Positions 60,208 through 64,000 of a DNA stretch of 64,000 nt are shown one piece after another. Each line of letters begins with the position of its first letter. Positions within the stretch are counted from its first letter, which is position 1. The notes below the pieces were generated by a model. It was not told the origin of the DNA and ran no database searches. It saw nothing but the letters and a program-made list of their open reading frames with translations. The position numbers and the translations under genes were made by a program. The DNA lies in NCBI GenBank assembly GCA_963840885.1, contig CAWJAN010000006.1, positions 46,601 to 110,600 on the forward strand, given 5' to 3'. This DNA comes from an uncultured bacterium. GTDB lineage: Bacteria; Patescibacteriota; Minisyncoccia; Phycocordibacterales; GWA1-40-21.

Positions 60208-60730
60208 CATTCCAATTTTCCGTTAGCTACTCGAAAAATAAGAACGCCGCTGTTATTTTTGCTTTCTCCATCCGCGAAACGCTGGAGAAATCCTATCCTT
60301 CCCTGTTTTCTGGCTTGGGTAGGAAATAGTTGCCGATTCCGCATTGGTCTGCTGGGCACGGAACAACCCCTCATCTTTGTTTTTTGTACCGGTACAAGAG
60401 CGAAAACCTACCTCATTGTTTAAGGCACAAAGAGTTAAGCCTTTGAAACTTTTTCCTATTATTTTCGCCTCAGAGAAAGCTGGAAACGTCTCCAAAACCG
60501 CTAACGAGGCTAGCCCCTTTTAACTGCATTGGCACCAGTAAGTGACTCCTATTTTATTTCGCCTATAAGCTTAGAGCCTATACTACACGCTTAGTCGGCT
60601 AACCCATGTTATGGTGTTGGGTAGAACACTCGGAGATCGATGAACACCTTCTTCCCTTAGTTATCAAATCTACTGATACTCGCTCTTGAGCTCCAAACAG
60701 AGCGACAAAAAGAAAAGAATTTTGTGGTGT
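60175..60730 (-). ncRNA. Candidate large structured ncRNA (~550 nt, unassigned)
   Basis: No credible ORF, many nested stems, a repeated internal motif and a terminator; lies between two tRNAs. Confidence 0.55.
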
Positions 60731-60835
60731 TGCTTACATATTATCAAATACATATTTAAATCAAATTTATTTTTGTTTATAAAATGTTTACAGCTTTGAT
60801 TTATTGAATTTTTAGCGTATATTATCGCAGTATAA

Positions 60836-60907
60836 GCACCCGTAGTGAAATGGATATCACAACAGTCTTCGGAACTGTCGTTGGGGGTTCGAATCCTCCC
60901 GGGTGCA
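60836..60907 (+). tRNA. tRNA-Arg(TCG)
   Basis: GCACCCG/CGGGTGC acceptor stem, ACAGT-CT-TCG-GA-ACTGT anticodon arm. Confidence 0.93.
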
Positions 60908-61201
60908 CAAATTGCAAACAGTTGAAAAACCACTCCTATCCTAAGGCGGTTTTCTTTTGCAATTTGTGAGACGGACGAGCAGAGCGAGGAGTCGGGACCG
61001 ACGGCTTTTCTTTGAGTTCACGAGAAGAAAAAGCTGTTGGCCAAAACAAAAAATATTATTTTATATTTCTCTCCCCTATTTTTATTTTTTAATTCCAAAA
61101 ACTCAAAAATTTTTAACGGACATTAAAAAAATGTGCTAAAATGTTTTTTTAATCCCCAATTCTATTTTGGCCTTATTTTAAGAGCTTTTTTTGACCTAAA
61201 C

Positions 61202-61210
61202 TGTGGATAA
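61202..61210 (-). promoter_or_regulatory. Perfect DnaA box
   Basis: TGTGGATAA (reverse complement TTATCCACA). Confidence 0.55.
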
Positions 61211-61372
61211 CTCTGTGTATATGTGAATTAAAGACAGCTTATCGGACTATTACAAAATTCTTATTTTTAGCGTCTTTTATTAAAAATATGGCTCTAAATA
61301 ATGGTATTATATGAAGTACGTCCTTTTGAAATAAAAAGTCCTATTAAAAACGTTTCTAAGAAACGTTTTTAA

Positions 61373-61943
61373 CGTTTCATGTGAAAAGAATCAACTAAAA
61401 GATAAGATTTTATTGGTTTAAATATCATGATAATTATCTTCCGATATAATATATGTTTAATAACAAGGATATTATGACAATTTCTATATTAGACAAAAAA
61501 TTGTTACTATATAAGCCAATAAGACAATGGATAATAAATATAATACTAAAATTACAGGTAATCTAGGAGAAGATCTTGCTTGTAGATACATTGAAACAAA
61601 GGGATTTAGCATTATAAAAAGAAACTATTGGAAAAAATGGGGAGAAATAGACATAATAGCTGAAAAGAATAGGGAAACACATTTTATAGAAGTTAAAAGT
61701 GTTTCATGTGAAAACATTGACGATATAACAGATAAAACTAACGATTACAGGCCTGAAGATAATATGCATCCCTGGAAACTTCAGAGACTGGCTAGAACAA
61801 TACAATCATATATTGCCGAAAACGATGTTTTAGGTGAAACATGGCATTTTGATCTAATAACAGTATATATGGATCGTAAAAAGCTTATTTCTAAGATAAA
61901 TATGCTTGAAAACATCGTTTTATAGGGTGTTTCACACGAAACG
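61373..61943. promoter_or_regulatory. Cluster of four parS-like palindromes (61373-61388, 61700-61715, 61826-61841, 61928-61943)
   Basis: CGTTTCATGTGAAAAG, TGTTTCATGTGAAAAC, TGTTTTAGGTGAAACA and TGTTTCACACGAAACG versus consensus TGTTTCACGTGAAACA. Confidence 0.55.
61527..61925 (+). CDS. yraN: YraN-family (UPF0102) endonuclease-like protein
   Basis: GNLGEDLAC, RNYW..WGEIDII and FIEVK motifs. Confidence 0.9.
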   Translation: MDNKYNTKITGNLGEDLACRYIETKGFSIIKRNYWKKWGEIDIIAEKNRETHFIEVKSVSCENIDDITDKTNDYRPEDNMHPWKLQRLARTIQSYIAENDVLGETWHFDLITVYMDRKKLISKINMLENIVL

Positions 61944-61968
61944 TTATATAAAAAGCCTTATTTTACAA

Positions 61969-62251
61969 CAAAAAACCGCCTGTAAGACGTTTTTGAGCAA
62001 AAGGTCTTGCAGACGGTGCGAAGGGGTAAGTTCCGCGATAATTTATTTCCAAACATCAAACCATTTTCAAATATAAAATTTAAGTGAGAATGATGTGTAA
62101 GCGAAGACGAAATAAGATATCACCGAGCTATCCTTTCATTTCGAAAGTTAGCTAAACTTTCTTAAAGATCAATATTGGATTTAAGACACTTGGAGTTTTA
62201 ATAGAACAATCCAGTTGCAAAGATTCTTCTATTCGTGTCCAACCAATTCCG
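61969..62251 (-). ncRNA. Candidate structured ncRNA (~280 nt)
   Basis: Upstream promoter TTTACA-17-TATACT, several stems, and a terminator at 61969-61995. Confidence 0.4.
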
Positions 62252-62257
62252 ATTACA

Positions 62258-62293
62258 AGTATATGTCCTTTATTAAGCAGTGTAAAGGACATA
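62258..62293 (-). promoter_or_regulatory. Sigma70 promoter overlapped by an 11-bp inverted repeat (operator-like)
   Basis: -35 at 62281-62286 and -10 at 62258-62263; TATGTCCTTTA (62262-62272) / TAAAGGACATA (62283-62293). Confidence 0.55.
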
Positions 62294-62295
62294 AT

Positions 62296-62304
62296 TGTGG
62301 ATAA
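62296..62304 (-). promoter_or_regulatory. Perfect DnaA box
   Basis: TGTGGATAA. Confidence 0.55.
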
Positions 62305-62397
62305 CTTGACAAAAGGACATTATACTTAAAAGACATGCATTTTATGGCTCTAAATAATGATATCTTATTATATTGACTTGCCTAAAATAATGTAAAT

Positions 62398-62427
62398 TTG
62401 ACAGGAAATTGAGCGGAGGAGTATAAT
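62398..62427 (+). promoter_or_regulatory. Consensus sigma70 promoter
   Basis: TTGACA-18 nt-TATAAT. Confidence 0.65.
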
Positions 62428-62433
62428 ACTAAT

Positions 62434-62733
62434 GTAGATCTTCGGCAACGTTTGATCTGCAAGTCGGTTCGGCAGGATCGACAGTTCTCTCGGAAATATT
62501 TTCATTCTTTGAAATACTTTCCAGTGTTGGTGCGATTCGCAAATGCCTTCCGGCTACCACACTCTAATCATATCGCCACCGTTCTTTCAAATCGACATTC
62601 ATAATCAATATTTAATATTTTTTCCTTCCTCTTTTTTTTCTTCCATTCTCTTATTCCTTTCTACCTTTTCGTTCTTTCGTTCCTTTCATTGATTATCTTT
62701 GTCGTCCGGCACCAATAGGTGGCCGGTTTTTTT
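62434..62733 (+). ncRNA. Candidate sRNA (~300 nt) with four 5' hairpins and a pyrimidine-rich loop
   Basis: Follows a consensus promoter, has no ORF, and ends in CCGGCACC-AATA-GGTGGCCGG-TTTTTTT. Confidence 0.45.
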
Positions 62734-62760
62734 ATGTAAAATAACCCTTAAAATAAGGTT

Positions 62761-63528
62761 TTATTTCAATTCAAGTAAAACTGGAGCATGATCTGAACCT
62801 AAAATATTATCAAAAATTTCAGCTTTCTTGATTCTGTCTTTCATATTTTTTGAAACGAAGAAATAATCTATCCTCCAGCCGACATTTCTGTCGCGCGCAA
62901 AAGATTTCATATCCCACCAGCTGTATATTCCAGATTTATCCGGATGAAAAAATCTAAACGTATCTATAAATCCTTCTTTTACTACTTCGTCCAACCATTT
63001 CCTCTCTTCCGGTAAAAATCCAGAAGTTTTCTGATTTTCCTTCGGCCGGGCAAGGTCGATTTCCATATGTGCCGTATTCACATCACCGCAAAACACTATA
63101 TTTTTAGCCATTTTTTCAAGCTTTTTCAAAAATTTTAGATATGCGCTGTAGAATTCAATCTTGAATGCCAAACGTTCAGGACCTTGGCCGCCGTTCGGAA
63201 AATAGGTATTTAAAAGAATAAAATCCTTGTAGTGGGCGACCAGAGTTCTGCCCTCCTGATCGAACTTTTTTATGCCGATTCCGTATTCTACTTTCTCTGG
63301 CTTTATTTTTGAAAAAATTGCCACGCCGCTATATCCTTTTTTAAGTTTTGAATGGTCAAAATAAGAAAAATATCCGGCAGGGTAGCGGACTTCGTCCGGA
63401 AGCTGGTCTTCATGGGCTTTTGTTTCCTGAAGACAGATGATATCCGGATCAAGCTCAAAAACAGAACCTAGAGCGCCTTTTTTATGAACCGCTCGCAAAC
63501 CGTTTACGTTCCAGGAAATGAGTTTCAT
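62761..63528 (-). CDS. xth: Exodeoxyribonuclease III (AP endonuclease)
   Basis: SWNVNG, LQETK, GDVN, GWRIDY and SDHAP motifs. Confidence 0.96.
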   Translation of the reverse strand: MKLISWNVNGLRAVHKKGALGSVFELDPDIICLQETKAHEDQLPDEVRYPAGYFSYFDHSKLKKGYSGVAIFSKIKPEKVEYGIGIKKFDQEGRTLVAHYKDFILLNTYFPNGGQGPERLAFKIEFYSAYLKFLKKLEKMAKNIVFCGDVNTAHMEIDLARPKENQKTSGFLPEERKWLDEVVKEGFIDTFRFFHPDKSGIYSWWDMKSFARDRNVGWRIDYFFVSKNMKDRIKKAEIFDNILGSDHAPVLLELK

Positions 63529-63558
63529 ACGGCAATTATATCATATTTAAGCCATATA

Positions 63559-63996
63559 TCAGGCCACTTTTTCCTTTTTTTTCTTGGTAGAAGCGGATTG
63601 CATATTTTCTATCTGATTCCTGATTTCCTTTATTCCGGCAAGGGCTTTTTCCTTGCTTCCTCCCATATCATCTACATCATCGCCTATCCATCCGCCGTTT
63701 TCTATAAGAGATTCGAATATTTCTTCTTTGCCGTGCTGTCCTGGGTCTCCAACTACAATCGGTATGAAATTTTTATGATGCAGGCATTCTCCGAGAAATT
63801 TTCTGGCATTGGTCCAGGAATTTTTTACCTGTATATCGGCAACTCCCGGCACATTTTCTATGACAATATCCTTGCCTTTGTCGCCGAATCCGCCTACGAT
63901 TTTTCCGCCCAAAAGCTCGGCATAAGATTTTTCAAGCTCCGTTCCGCGGAATTCTGCAGATTCAACCGTGAAAGATTCCAGTCCTTTTTTATTCAT
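63559..63996 (-). CDS. Hypothetical protein
   Basis: 145-aa ORF co-oriented with xth; the D...IQVK pattern weakly suggests a PD-(D/E)xK fold. Confidence 0.55.
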   Translation of the reverse strand: MNKKGLESFTVESAEFRGTELEKSYAELLGGKIVGGFGDKGKDIVIENVPGVADIQVKNSWTNARKFLGECLHHKNFIPIVVGDPGQHGKEEIFESLIENGGWIGDDVDDMGGSKEKALAGIKEIRNQIENMQSASTKKKKEKVA

Positions 63997-64000
63997 AAAA

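Noticed and set aside
60147-60495. ORFs 60147-60374, 60202-60423 and 60253-60495 as proteins
   Set aside because: Short, mutually overlapping, no recognisable motifs or initiation signals; one runs through the terminator.
60175-62733. tmRNA, RNase P RNA or SRP RNA identity for the candidate ncRNAs
   Set aside because: No GGGG..TTCGA..CCACCA tRNA-like ends, no GAGGAAAGTCC P4 motif and no SRP domain IV motif seen by eye.

Overview
This is bacterial chromosomal DNA read with the standard genetic code. Gene content suggests a Patescibacteria/CPR (Parcubacteria-like) genome; this is inferred from the giant surface proteins, the pilMNO operon, class I aldolase/tpiA, scattered CCA-less tRNAs and tRNA-Arg(GCG). 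Positions 1-15 kb hold a three-gene surface-protein cluster, including a 2913-aa fibre with an S74 chaperone. Most of 15-60 kb is housekeeping genes (msrAB, rplS, pilMNO, recJ, tpiA, ppa, rpsT, ruvA, mutM, murE-like, clpP, rny, HU, an atp operon without delta, CCA-adding enzyme), interspersed with 11 tRNA genes and small orphan genes. The most unusual signals are: (1) three identical 38-bp dif/Xer-like sites just after tRNA-Arg(GCG), which bracket an ice-binding-protein/sortase module (inverted pair) and a 383-bp phage-like fragment cut mid-gene at both ends (direct pair); (2) a ~550-nt ORF-poor, highly structured, terminator-ended candidate large ncRNA between two tRNAs, plus two more promoter-and-terminator-bounded candidate ncRNAs near parS-like sites and DnaA boxes; (3) a family of Y-shaped elements attached to tRNA ends; (4) all 11 tRNA genes end N73-C-A; (5) a 6S-like RNA upstream of rny. 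All calls were made by eye; no searches or folding programs were run.
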